Made by a program: the position numbers and the translations under genes
Part shown: positions 53,244-64,000 of the stretch, piece after piece
How the letters are laid out: each line of letters starts with the position of its first letter
Numbering within the stretch: the first letter of the stretch is position 1
Assembly (NCBI RefSeq): GCF_003918875.1
Contig: NW_025766003.1
Location: 1,612,001-1,676,000, forward strand
Direction of reading: 5' to 3'
From: Haliotis rubra
Taxonomy: Eukaryota
Length of the DNA: 64,000 nucleotides
Notes under the pieces: generated by a model
Told to the model about the DNA's origin: nothing
Database searches by the model: none
Seen by the model: only the letters and a program-made list of their open reading frames with translations

Positions 53244-53726
53244 GTAAGTTAAGTCTTTGTGCTTCTTATCTGTTGATTCTGTAGCCATAGAGGATCAGGT
53301 TTTACTGCATTATGTTCACTTGAAGTTGTATACCTGATGCATTGTTTAAGGATATGTCTTTTGGAAGGGTATGAAAGTTTTCCCAGACATTTTTTTAAAA
53401 AATATAATCGAATGACGAATGAGTTTTATATGGATGTGTGGTCAATCAATAATGATGTTGAGTCCATCTCACTCTCTCACCTTTCTCAGTTCAGTAAGGT
53501 TTCGGCTATGTTTGATATATTCTGCTCAAGTGAGTTGATGTCATATCCTGGATGCATTATCTGTGTAAATATCTCCCAGGAACTACTGAACCAGTGAATC
53601 AGGAACGTCAAAAGGCCGTGTATTCAAAATGGCCACCACAGTATCTATGTCAAAAAAACAGTTTATGATGGTTGCAGTTCAGCCTTACCAGAAGCTGAAA
53701 TTACAGTAACATGTTATATTATACAT

Positions 53727-54064
53727 ATTTATCTTACCGAACACCTTAATGTTAATTTTGAATTGTTTGAAGCACAGTACGAATCTTTTTGTAGCCATCG
53801 CTAGAATTTGCTGACAAGAAAAACAGATTTAGAGTTATCTCCCTCCCATCGATTTGCATTCGCAAAACATCGGTAATTTCCGCACATTATACGTGATTCA
53901 ATGTTAATCGCGATAAAGAATTACTACCACGAAGTACCAAATGAGTTGCCATTGACAGCAGGGTACATTGAAATGTTACTCGCTTGTAAGCGGGGTACAT
54001 TGAAAATAATAGAAGAGCGCTCAGCCAATCAGAAAGCGTCATTTATGTGTGAGGTAAGATAATT
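53727..54064. mobile_element. Small non-autonomous DNA element (Crypton-like motif content)
   Basis: atttatcttacc / ggtaagataatt inverted ends, CpG-rich interior, agccaatcagaaagc motif. Confidence 0.45.
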
Positions 54065-54354
54065 GGGATTAAACTTTCTTAGTAAAGTACACATTCTAGT
54101 ACTTTTGTTGGGTTGAGTCTCATCCGGGATTTGAACCCACACCTTCAGAGTTAGGCACTTAATCTATGGCCTTTTCATATTTTGCAATTTTTGTTATTTT
54201 TAATTCTTTGTGTTTCCTTGGTAACAATACATGTTCCAACTCAAACATGTAGCATTTGTTTCCCACCAAGTATAACCTTTCCAGGCTGTAATTTGCCATG
54301 AATGTGTTTTGATTTGGAGCAACATTAACAAGTAACAAATTGAACTAATGTGTA

Positions 54355-54550
54355 AGACCCATGAAAATCCGGGTTAGAATTGATCTTCAGCTACCCATGC
54401 TTGTCATAAGAGGCGACTAACGGGATTGGGTTGTCAGACTTGCTGACATGGTTGACACATGTCATTATATCCGAATTGCGTAGATCAATGCTTATGATGT
54501 TGATCACTGGATTGTACCAACCTAGAGTGTGGCCTTAAATAAACAAACTA
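54355..54550 (+). mobile_element. Family C retroposon with full 5' head and deleted 3' body
   Basis: Starts agacccatgaaaatccgggttagaattgatcttcag. Confidence 0.85.
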
Positions 54551-54713
54551 AAAAACTTGTGTAAAAAAAAGTGGAAGTACATTTTTTTAAGAAAAGCATG
54601 TACATGAAGATGTAAGTCATGTTGATACAATGGACAGCAGATAATTATCCCCACCTGATGTCAAACAAAACAAACAAAGTATGTCAAATCTTGGTTTGAC
54701 CTCCTCCACAGGG

Positions 54714-55072
54714 TGACCGCCTCCGTGGTGTAGTGGTTAGAGCGTCCGCCCAGAGAGCGGAAGGTTGCGGGATTGATCCCGACCGCGTCATACCAAAAGA
54801 CGTTAAAATATGGTACTTGTTGGTCCCTGCCTGGCGCGCTCGGCATTAATGGGTACAACAAGGACTGGTCGGCTCGGAGTCAGTATAATGTGTCTGTGTG
54901 GGGTGTCTATGCTTCGCTGCGGCATGGTATCTCAGTGGGTTAGCACTATAAAACCAGCTGAAGTCTGGGCTAGTACAAGCAGCTGCACATACACACACGC
55001 GCGCATGCACATGAGCGAAATATTCTCAAGCACGACGTTAAACCCAATTTCACCTCACCTCACCTCACCTCA
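54714..55072 (+). mobile_element. SINE family B, full length
   Basis: Perfect 11-bp TSD cctccacaggg; (CACCT)n tail. Confidence 0.95.
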
Positions 55073-55924
55073 CCTCCACAGGGGAAGCTAATGAAGCCCA
55101 TTTTTGTCTACCACCATTTTGAGGTGTCTGTAGTTTTGCCGTAGTATCCTAAAGCAACATGAACTTGACTAAAGAATGTGGGTATTTGACACCTGATCTG
55201 AAAAAATTGAAAATGACACCTGATGAATACTCCCACGCTACATGGAAATGTTGCCGCTTATCTTGTCAACTTCACTGAAGACTGGATTGTAATTGTCATC
55301 CTGAGTATAGCCTTCACACCAGTTCAGCATATATGTTTTCAAAGACCCTCGAGTTTAATGCCAGTCAAAGGTCCTTGAAATCATTAAATTTCTGCTGTCA
55401 AGTTTTCAATATGTATGCCTGGAACTTGGGATCATTGGTGATATGGCATTGATGAACACGACCAGTATTGAGCTCTGAAGCGGATATCAGACTGATCTGA
55501 ATTGGACTTCATTATTCCCTACTCCAAATATGTATTCCATGTCTGAAGCCTGTGCTCATTACCACACGGTCATTGCAACCTGAGGTCATGTTACCAACAA
55601 TTGGGGGAAGGTTGTGGAGTCCATATATGCAGGAATGAAGCCAGCAGACGACTAATCTATATGGCAGCTCTATATTCCATGAATTCAAAAACCTTAATAT
55701 ACATTCCGTGTCCACAAAGTGAACCATTACAGTTTGGTGATACTAGGTCATTAGTGCTGAACTCTGTAAAGGTGGCTCAGTGCATACTCTTCTGTCTTGT
55801 GGAACTCTGAGTCACAGGCAGTGATTTGATTGATGGACTCTAATTGTCATTCCATGCTGCTACTTATGCAGGAAAGGGTATGATGGTCACTGGCCGGTAG
55901 TTTTCACACAGCGGTTATTGGGTA

Positions 55925-56430
55925 CATGCATGTTGGTCTGAGGTTTGTGTATGTTGGTCTGAGGTTTGTGTATGTTGGTCTGAGGTTTGTGTATGTTGGT
56001 CTGAGGCTTGTGTATGTTGGTCTGAGGTTTGTGTATGTTGGTCTGAGGTTTGTGTATGTTGGTCAGAGGTTTGTGTATGTTGGTCTGAGGTTTGTGTATG
56101 TTGGTCAGAGGTTTGTGTATGTTGGTCAGAAGTTTGTGTATGTTGATCTGAGGTTTGTGTATGTTGATCTGAGGTTTCTGTATGTTGGTCTGAGGTATAT
56201 CTATGTTGGTCTGAGGTACAGCAACATGGTCAGAGGTACATGTTCCTTGGTTCCTTTGTGTATGTTGGTCTGAGGTACGTGTTTGTTGGTCTGATGTACA
56301 GAAAGATGGTACAGGTATCGTGAGAAGTACATGTGAGATGGTCTGAAGTACATGTTTGTTGGTATGAGATATGTGTATGTTGGTCTGAGATACAGTAAGA
56401 TGGTCTAAGGTACAGGTATGTTGATGAGAG
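55925..56430. repeat. 21-bp minisatellite (tgtatgttggtctgaggtttg), degenerating rightwards and resuming near 57320-57470
   Basis: Read directly; explains ORFs 55887..56495 and 55926..56273. Confidence 0.93.
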
Positions 56431-56446
56431 ATACTTGTAGGAAAGC

Positions 56447-57299
56447 GTTTCCTATTCTCGCGGTACTTACGGATATCGGCTGAAAAATAACACAAACAAT
56501 TCTTATCATATGAATGCTTGTTGTTTTTAAATGAAGGGACCGCCTCCGTGGTGTAGTGGTTAGAGCGTCCGCCTCCGTGGTGTAGTGGTTAGAGCATCCG
56601 CCTTGAGAGCGGAAGGTCGCGGGTTCGATCCCCAACCGCGTCATACCAAAAGACGTTAAAATATGGTACTTGTTGGTCCCTGCCAGGCTCTCGGCATTAA
56701 TGGGTATAACAAGGACTGGTCGGCTCGGAGTCAGTATAATGTGTCTGAGTGGGGTATTCATGCTTCACTGTAACATGGTATCTCAGTGAGCTAGCACTAT
56801 AAAACCAGCTTCAGTCTTAGTTAGTACAAGCAGCCGCACATACACATACACACGCATGCACGTCGTCATATGAGCAAAATATTCTCAAGCACGATGTTAA
56901 ACCCAATTTCACCTCACCTCACCTTTTAAATGAAGGGCCTTCTCCTCTAACATCTACATCTATCAGCTGCCAGATCCATCAGGTGAATTACCACTCGTGA
57001 GCCCGGTGATAAACAATACGATCCGTCATTGACGAAACGAGGCTTCTCCCATTCTCGCGGTATTACCAGGAATTAACGTTATTGAGTGTATGTAAGAGCA
57101 ATCCTGTTGGAAAGGGCGGGGAAAAAGTAATGATATGTCCAAGTTGGTGTAAACTCCCCAATATTCATGATACTGCAAGATTTTGATCACTCACAGACTT
57201 GGGCCACTTCCTAGTTACCAGTCGGTGATATAAACAACCGCTAAGTGTCGCACATCGGCGATTTCGGCAGAAAACGTGTTTACCGCAAGAATAGGAAAC
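56447..57299. mobile_element. TIR element inside the 21-bp array, itself hosting SINE B
   Basis: gtttcctattctcgcggta / taccgcaagaataggaaac inverted repeat (18 of 19); TSD not resolved. Confidence 0.55.
56538..56923 (+). mobile_element. SINE family B with duplicated 29-bp 5' end
   Basis: TSD ttttaaatgaaggg; ccgcctccgtggtgtagtggttagagc present twice. Confidence 0.95.
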
Positions 57300-57459
57300 C
57301 TGTGAAAATAGGAGACGGACCTATATGTGGCTTGAGGTAGGTGTATGTTGGTGTGAGTTACGTTATAATGGTCTGGTATAAGAATGATGGTCAGAGGTCG
57401 ATGCATGCTCATCTGAAGTAAATTTCTGATGGTCTAAAGTACATGCATGATGATCTGTT

Positions 57460-57830
57460 GGTACATATTTGATGCCATACAGGCACTCCAGCACCTTGTT
57501 GTCCTCACTAACTTGCAACTGTTGCCTTGAAAGAAGGGAAGCATGATTTATTTGTCTACCACACAACTCTGTTGAGTCTGTGAAGTGACTGTTGTGAACT
57601 TTTCCTGATTGGATTAGCATTACTTATATCTGCATGGGAAGACAATGTGCTCGGTCTCATTTGTCCAACTGATGCGTACAGGGTGTGTGAACTGCTTGTT
57701 CCCTGAATAGACTTGACCATGATTGAATTCAAGGGGCAGTCTGATGGAAGACAGGCACCGAGTCGGATGATGCTGACAAAGTTCAATGAAATTCCTGCTC
57801 CTAATTTGATTAATAACTTACATTATATAT
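57460..57830 (-). mobile_element. Possible decayed LINE endonuclease fragment
   Basis: Minus-strand RSRNFIELCQ and EKFTTVTSQTQQSCVVDK*IM resemble CR1/L2 APE motifs; weak. Confidence 0.3.
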
Positions 57831-58721
57831 TTCTGTGGAGGACCTGTTCAACATCAAATGATCAGCACTGCATTTAGTTGGTAATAGTTGTAAATTTTAG
57901 CACAAATCCAAGTAAGGATTCCATATATGAATCAGGAGGTGGACTTTGTTTCCTGGTAAGTCTGGAGAGTAGGTTTGATGTCATGGGGCTTCTGACTTGA
58001 AATGGTCCTGGGCATTAATGCCTGTTTATGTGAAGCAGGAAAGACAGCTATTTGGTGCCATGATTGGTAACAAACTATATAGATGCAGCTACAATGGATG
58101 GCACTTGGACGGGTACCTTGTGTGAAGTACTTTGTGAACTGGTTTCTGAAATGAATGCTGCATAAGTTAATAAAACTTTAAATGAATTTAATTTTTCCAC
58201 CATATGCTCAGAGATTGAATGTGGGTTATATATTACTTTCCTAGGAATTCAGTAAAGGATGGTGCAGTGGGATGAAAGGTTAAGTTTCAAGCAATCAAAG
58301 CTTGCAAGGCCATTTCTAGCATCAGTGACAGATGGTCAGGCATGGTGACTTGGTGAATAGCGTATCATTGTACCCAGTTGGCCTGGATTGTTGCTCATGA
58401 TATCAATCACTGGTTTGACTGGTCCATATTCGATCATGTACAGAGCACTGTCATATCAATAAGGATTGGTCTTAGTGACATCTAAGGGAGCAGTTTAAAA
58501 AAAAAATAGGTTAAAAGTTTAAGACACACATATGCCCAAAACACTGAAAACACACTAGTCTGTCATGTGGATCCTGAAACAAATATACTCAATACAGCCC
58601 ATTCAAGTTTAGAAAATATGTGGCAAGTCATGATTACCAGTTTTAGCTTCATCTGAAAATGTAGAAATTCTCTGGGCTCTTTTATATTATATTTTCTGAC
58701 TATAATTTAGGAACCATTTTA

Positions 58722-59044
58722 GGCCAGACCAATTTTATTTCTTGTTTTACGGATCTGCCTGTGGTATTTTTTCAAGAATAAGAAAAAAATATAAATTAAT
58801 TTTCACCGCTCAAAAAATAAAATCCTAATGTTTTTATTGGCCAAAAATGTAAACTTACAGAAAAAGTTTTTTTTTTTTTTTTTTGCCCCTTATACACTTT
58901 TTAAAATGCCAAAAGTAAAATACTTTGAGTATTTAGAAGGAATATTTCTTTGACTGGTGATTTTATTCTAATTTGTTTTCCCTCCTGCCTTTAGCTTTTC
59001 TGAGGACAAAAATCCGTAAAACAAGAAATTATATTGGTCTGGCC
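58722..59044. mobile_element. PIF/Harbinger (Tourist-like) MITE
   Basis: tta|ggccagaccaattttatttcttgttttacggat ... atccgtaaaacaagaaattatattggtctggcc|tta; 3-bp TTA TSD. Confidence 0.85.
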
Positions 59045-59820
59045 TTATATAAAATATTTTCATATCAGAGACTAAATGTTAGCCTTAAAAAGAATACACA
59101 TCCTCGAATAGATTTTCATTTTTACGATATGCAAATTTTGTTCTAGAACAAAATATTGACTTAAGTTAACGAAGTCACATTCAAAGCATATTATGTGGAC
59201 TCCATATACAAGTAGGTTTGTTTTTATATCTATTTGTACACACAGGTTATTATGTTTAAACAAGAATAACATCTGATATAAACAACTTGATGTTCAAGCA
59301 CTAAGGAGTGCGTCCATAACAAAGAGTGGAGTAGCTTCATGTATGGAGGTTTTTATAGGGAACACCATCCAAAGGACAAAACAGCCTTTACTTTTGTCAG
59401 CCAATATTGTGAATAGGTTTTGGACAACATGCCTGCTTTTAGCAAATAATAGCTTCTAAACTGCATGAGAGTCTCAGTGTGGTAGTAAGTTGATATATTT
59501 TTTCTCAAAGAGTGAAGTTCTATCAAAAGTGGAGATCTCTATGATAAAACAGAGCCCAAGTTTTGACTCATGTCTGTCTTTCAACAAAGGTGCTGTCTCT
59601 TCAAAATAATACTTTCACTTAAAGATTTTTCCAGTGTATCACTTTTCAAAACCTTGAGGATAGGATCTGGCACGCCCAAGATACACCTATACTGGCCCTC
59701 AGACATCTGCGACCCTCTCAAATAAATGCTTTTAAAAGTGCTGCAGTTGTACGAAACAGTTCTTGAAATGGCTATAATTCCAAGAGGAACAAACAACCCC
59801 TCATAATGACTTCCTTATCA

Positions 59821-60025
59821 GGGCGGTGGGGTAGCCTAGTGGCTTGTCACACTGAAGACCAGGGTTCGAATCCCCACATGGGTACAATGTGTGAAGCCCA
59901 TTTCTGGTGGACCCCGCCATGATGTTGCTGGAATATTGCTAAAAGCGGCGTAAAACCAAACTCAGTCAGTCAGTCAGTCAGTCAGTCAGTCAGTCAGTCA
60001 GTCAGTCAGTCTTCAGTCAGTCAGT
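59821..60025 (+). mobile_element. SINE family A with expanded (AGTC)n tail
   Basis: TSD cttccttatcag; small deletion in the head. Confidence 0.93.
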
Positions 60026-63000
60026 CTTCCTTATCAGTTATGTTAATGAGCGATGTTACAATAATGTCCCTCTATCAGCTGACATGGATAAAGAACTGTA
60101 ACAGAAATCTTGAAGCTCTGAAACTTTTGGATTTCCTGGTTAAAGTTGAAATATTTTCATCTGACTTTAGATGACTGGCCTGTGTTTTCATGAACAAAAA
60201 TGTCCTTGAAAACAGATTTCACACTGCTGAGTTTGATGGATACGCTCCAAGACTGCCTGCATACTGTTATTGGAAGCTTGAAATGATAGTCATAAGCATA
60301 TCACATTGACCCTGCAGGCATCATGTTCCATTGATTGTAACCGAAACCACTGACAGTGTTCCCTCTACAAACATTAGTAACATCATATGGGGTTTTTGCA
60401 GTGCAAGGGAACCTCAAGATGTATATTTTGAGGGGTTTTTCACTGACAGCAAGGTTGCGACCTTGGCTTCGTATCTTTAGGCAATCTTTATGTAATGTGA
60501 TATATATCATTATTCTCATAATGAAGGCTGTCTTGGTGTTGGATGGAAATGCTCTGAGATATTGGAATGAGTTCAGATCCTGTCACTTGACTCCCAAAGG
60601 TTTAACAAAAAACTAGTTTTGTGTTTCAGATTGTGAGTGAACTGCTAATGCTTTTAGCTCACTGTGACTGAAGCTTCATGTGAGTTTGTTTCGTACTTGG
60701 CTGTTTGGTGTAAACTTTCAGACTTTTCTCATGGTATAAAACCATCTGAGACACTGTGAAATATGATCGCTCATTTCCCATCAATTGTGATGGTGTGCAG
60801 CAATATCTAGATTCATCATTCAGCTTTGGGTTTTTTTCCTTATCAGTTATGTTAATGAGCAATGTTACAATAATGTTCCTCTATCAGCTGGCATCTGAAC
60901 ATGGATAAATAACTCTTACAGAAGTCTTGAAGCTCTGAAACTTTTGGATTTTGATGTTTAACTGGTACTGTGGTTCCTGCATGTCGTTGTGCAGAGTTCT
61001 GTCCCTTTGTTATGACGGATCCTAATATCATGTGTTTGAATCACAGATTCAGCTGGGTTATTATTCTTTGACAGGTTTATACCTATGACTTTTATCATCC
61101 AAACCTGTGTTCCACATCGGTTATTGCTCGTGTCAGATCAAACAACATCTCATAGATATTGTTTTGACAGTTGATTTTGTAAAATGCCCTGACAATGCTA
61201 TGACATCATGAACTTGATGACGTCTCTATATAGTGGTCAACATTGTGTTCAACCACTAACTGAAATTACCATAATAACGACGATATTCATTAAGATTGTC
61301 AGTCTACATTTGCCTGTTCATATGCAATTCATATATGTTTAGCCAAGCATTTAGGGACAGTGTATTATAACAGTGGTAGTTATATATGTATTTTCTTTTC
61401 CCAGGTGAACTAAACAGAGTTACATTTGAAAAAAGTGTTTTGATCATTACCTTCTTCAAATAATTATTTCAAATAAATAATATCTAAGCTATCAAATGAT
61501 CTAAAGTAGGTGAGCTATAGTCTCTGAGTTTACATTTTGTAATATGATGTAGATATAAAAAAAGAAAAATTCAGACTATCATGAGCTCAAAGGTGTGATT
61601 CAATCAAATTGAAGTCCATGAATTTTTTTCTTTGGGCATAATATATGTCTTGTCCCAGCAGGGTAAATATGGTTATTTGAACATCGATTTGACGAAATTC
61701 ACAGACATTGCATTTTGTTTAAGATAGCCTTAGTGTGTAAGGGGATTTCTTTTGTGTTAAATCACTGCTAGCTGTGGGTATACATTTGACATTGAAGATA
61801 TATCAATTTTTTTAATATTTTTAGTATTTTAGGAAAGGATTGTCTTTGCAACATGTTCCTACTGTGTGGTTTGGCAACATTTGTTGTGGGAGTATGTTTG
61901 TGTTTTAACAATTTTATAGTTAATTCCTCCTGATTTATGTACCCTCATTGTCAGGGAAAATAGTACGCAATGCCCGACATGTTAAACTTTTTCCTAGAAT
62001 TATTTAGTATCCAAGACATTGTGAAGTGTATAGAGAACAACCATTTCATATCCATCAAATGGTAAGAATATTTTTTCAGTCACATCTTCAAGATTTACAA
62101 AAGAAATTCACTGGAACAAGAATAAAATAATCATTTCTTTTAGCAACACATTTTGTTGAACTTGAGGAAAAAATATTTTTCTGACTGGTTTGTGGAAGAA
62201 TTTGCCTTTTCTGATGTATATAATGGTCCATTGCTCTTAATGTGTTTTAAAAGGGTAAAAAAGCATTCCCATCATGCTTGGAACCAAAACTTGAAAACTG
62301 TTCAGTGTTTTTCAACAAATCAGCGTTATGCACTCATCAGGTCAACTGGTGCCTTTTGATATTTGAATTATTTTCTAAATATCATTAGTAATGGTTCCAT
62401 GGAAACGATTTGGACAGCTCTAGGCTTTTGAGCTATTACTCTAATAATGATCATTTTGGCATGATATTATACACATGCAAACACTACATGCTCCACTATT
62501 ACCTTTCCAAATAATTCAAGTTATCTTTATAAAATAAAATTTTAGAATTTGTTTTCCTGGGGTTTTTTAAAGTTAAATATGACTAGGTGTTGTCACTGTA
62601 TGATTGAAATAACACAGATGCAAAGTTAAATTAAAACTCACTCACTTATAAAATTATAATGTTTCCATGGAAATGATTTTGATAAGCTCTTAAACAGGAA
62701 CTGTTTGTTTCCCTTAAAAAACTCTGCAGCCAATTAATATTTCTGCATGAAAGCATCATCTTTCCTGGCTGTGATTTGTCATTATTGTTTTTCACTTGAC
62801 AAACACCTAGTTAAAGGAGCAACATGAACAGATAAACAAAAAGGAATAACTGAAGGCATGTTCTTACAAATAAAAATACATTCTAGTTTTTGTAATTTGT
62901 CTCATCTATCAAAGCAACTAGTAGTCTCGCAAGGCAGGGTATTGACTTCAACTATTGATGTTTTCTTTGTCATTGATGCTGTGTCAAGGGTTCTTACAAT

Positions 63001-63319
63001 AATTGCAATGCATCAACAGATGAATCAATCATCATCAAACCCTACTGTATGTACATAGGACAGATGTTATCAATCGTACTTGCTTCATCGATCTGCAAAC
63101 ACCCGCTTTCAACACGATTTGTTTGGTTTTGGATCGTCTTGCTTCCATCTGGCTCACCTCAACACATTACCATATTAACTCCATAAGTGATGAAGAGTTC
63201 ATTCAAGTCTGTAATTGATATATTATTATTGTTATCTTCTTTTTTATCAGTTACAGAAACAGCTACTAAATGTCACACAAAAATCTTCTTGAAAAGTTAA
63301 GGTTTCTACTTAAGGGTTG

Positions 63320-63596
63320 AGACCCGTGAAGATCCGGGGTAGAATAGGTCTTCAGCAACCCATGTGCTTGCCATAAAAAGGCGACTATCTTGTCGTAAGA
63401 GGCGACTAACGGGATCGGGTGGTCAGTTTCGCTGACTTGGTTGACACATGTCATAGGTTCCCAATTGAGCAGATCGATGCTCATGCTGTTGATCACTGGA
63501 TTGTCTGGTCCAGACTCGATTATTTACAGACCGCCGCCATATAGCTGGAATATTGCTGAGTGCGGCGTAAAACTAAACTCACTCACTCACTCACTC
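63320..63596 (+). mobile_element. Family C retroposon, full length, non-tRNA structured head
   Basis: Perfect 12-bp TSD acttaagggttg (63308-63319 / 63597-63608); (ACTC)n tail; no A/B box recognisable. Confidence 0.95.
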
Positions 63597-63943
63597 ACTT
63601 AAGGGTTGTATTATTAACTTAGCATCCTTGTGGAACATAAACCAGTACCAGTTGTCCTTTTTTTAAACTCAAGTATAACCTTGCTTGTGTTCTCAAAAGT
63701 TGTCTGTATCTAACTCATCTGATTTGGGCCAAGCACTACCCTGGTTGTCTGGTTTTGTCTGTAGCACAGGCTCCGAAGAAATAAAATAGTAATTACCCAA
63801 AATTATATCTGTACAGGAAATTTGATTTAAAGAATTAAAGTTGCAAGGTTACTGACCGAAATAGTAAAAGAAAGAATTGTATAATCTTTTGTTGTCATAT
63901 ATTCATATATTCATGAAACAAAAGGGCTACAAAGGCTCAAAAC

Positions 63944-64000
63944 ACCTGTGAAGATGTGGGTTAGAATTGGTCTTCAGTGTCCCATGCTTGTGGTAAGAGG
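63944..64000 (+). mobile_element. 5' head of another family C copy, cut by the window edge
   Basis: acctgtgaagatgtgggttagaattggtcttcag...gtaagagg. Confidence 0.8.

Noticed and set aside
55887-56495. 202-aa ORF with (QTNIHKP)n and the opposite-strand (YVGLRFV)n ORF
   Set aside because: Product of a stop-free 21-bp minisatellite; no splice or domain support.
63320-63416. Assigning the family C head to HDV-like, twister, pistol or hairpin ribozyme classes
   Set aside because: Stem order and conserved loop nucleotides did not fit any of them by eye; left unassigned.

Overview
AT-rich, repeat-dense animal genomic DNA. The repeat families look molluscan, possibly abalone-like; this is inference from recalled families and was not checked. 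The only host coding sequence I can support is four internal + strand exons of CPSF2/CPSF100 (41260-41427, 45725-45831, 46394-46499, 53140-53243), which join in frame through GT-AG introns. I found no upstream CPSF2 exon in the first 41 kb and no next exon in the last 10.7 kb, so nearly the whole window is intron. The introns hold at least four short-retroposon families: a tRNA-Asp-headed SINE (A), a ~350-bp tRNA-headed SINE (B), a composite tRNA SINE (E), and family C, which has no tRNA head but a fixed 5' end that folds into a predicted pseudoknot. Also present are an internally deleted DIRS1-type tyrosine-recombinase retrotransposon with intact ITR/ICR, a TAG..CTA DNA transposon family with 9-bp TSDs and no true TIRs, pogo/Tc1 and Harbinger-like MITEs, Helentron (HINE)-like elements, decayed LINE pieces, minisatellites and two N gaps. 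The best candidate for an undescribed system is the pseudoknot-headed family C, possibly a ribozyme or exonuclease-resistant 5' module. Next are candidate recursive-splice, poison-exon and intronic poly(A) signals in CPSF2. All folds, alignments and family assignments were done by eye.
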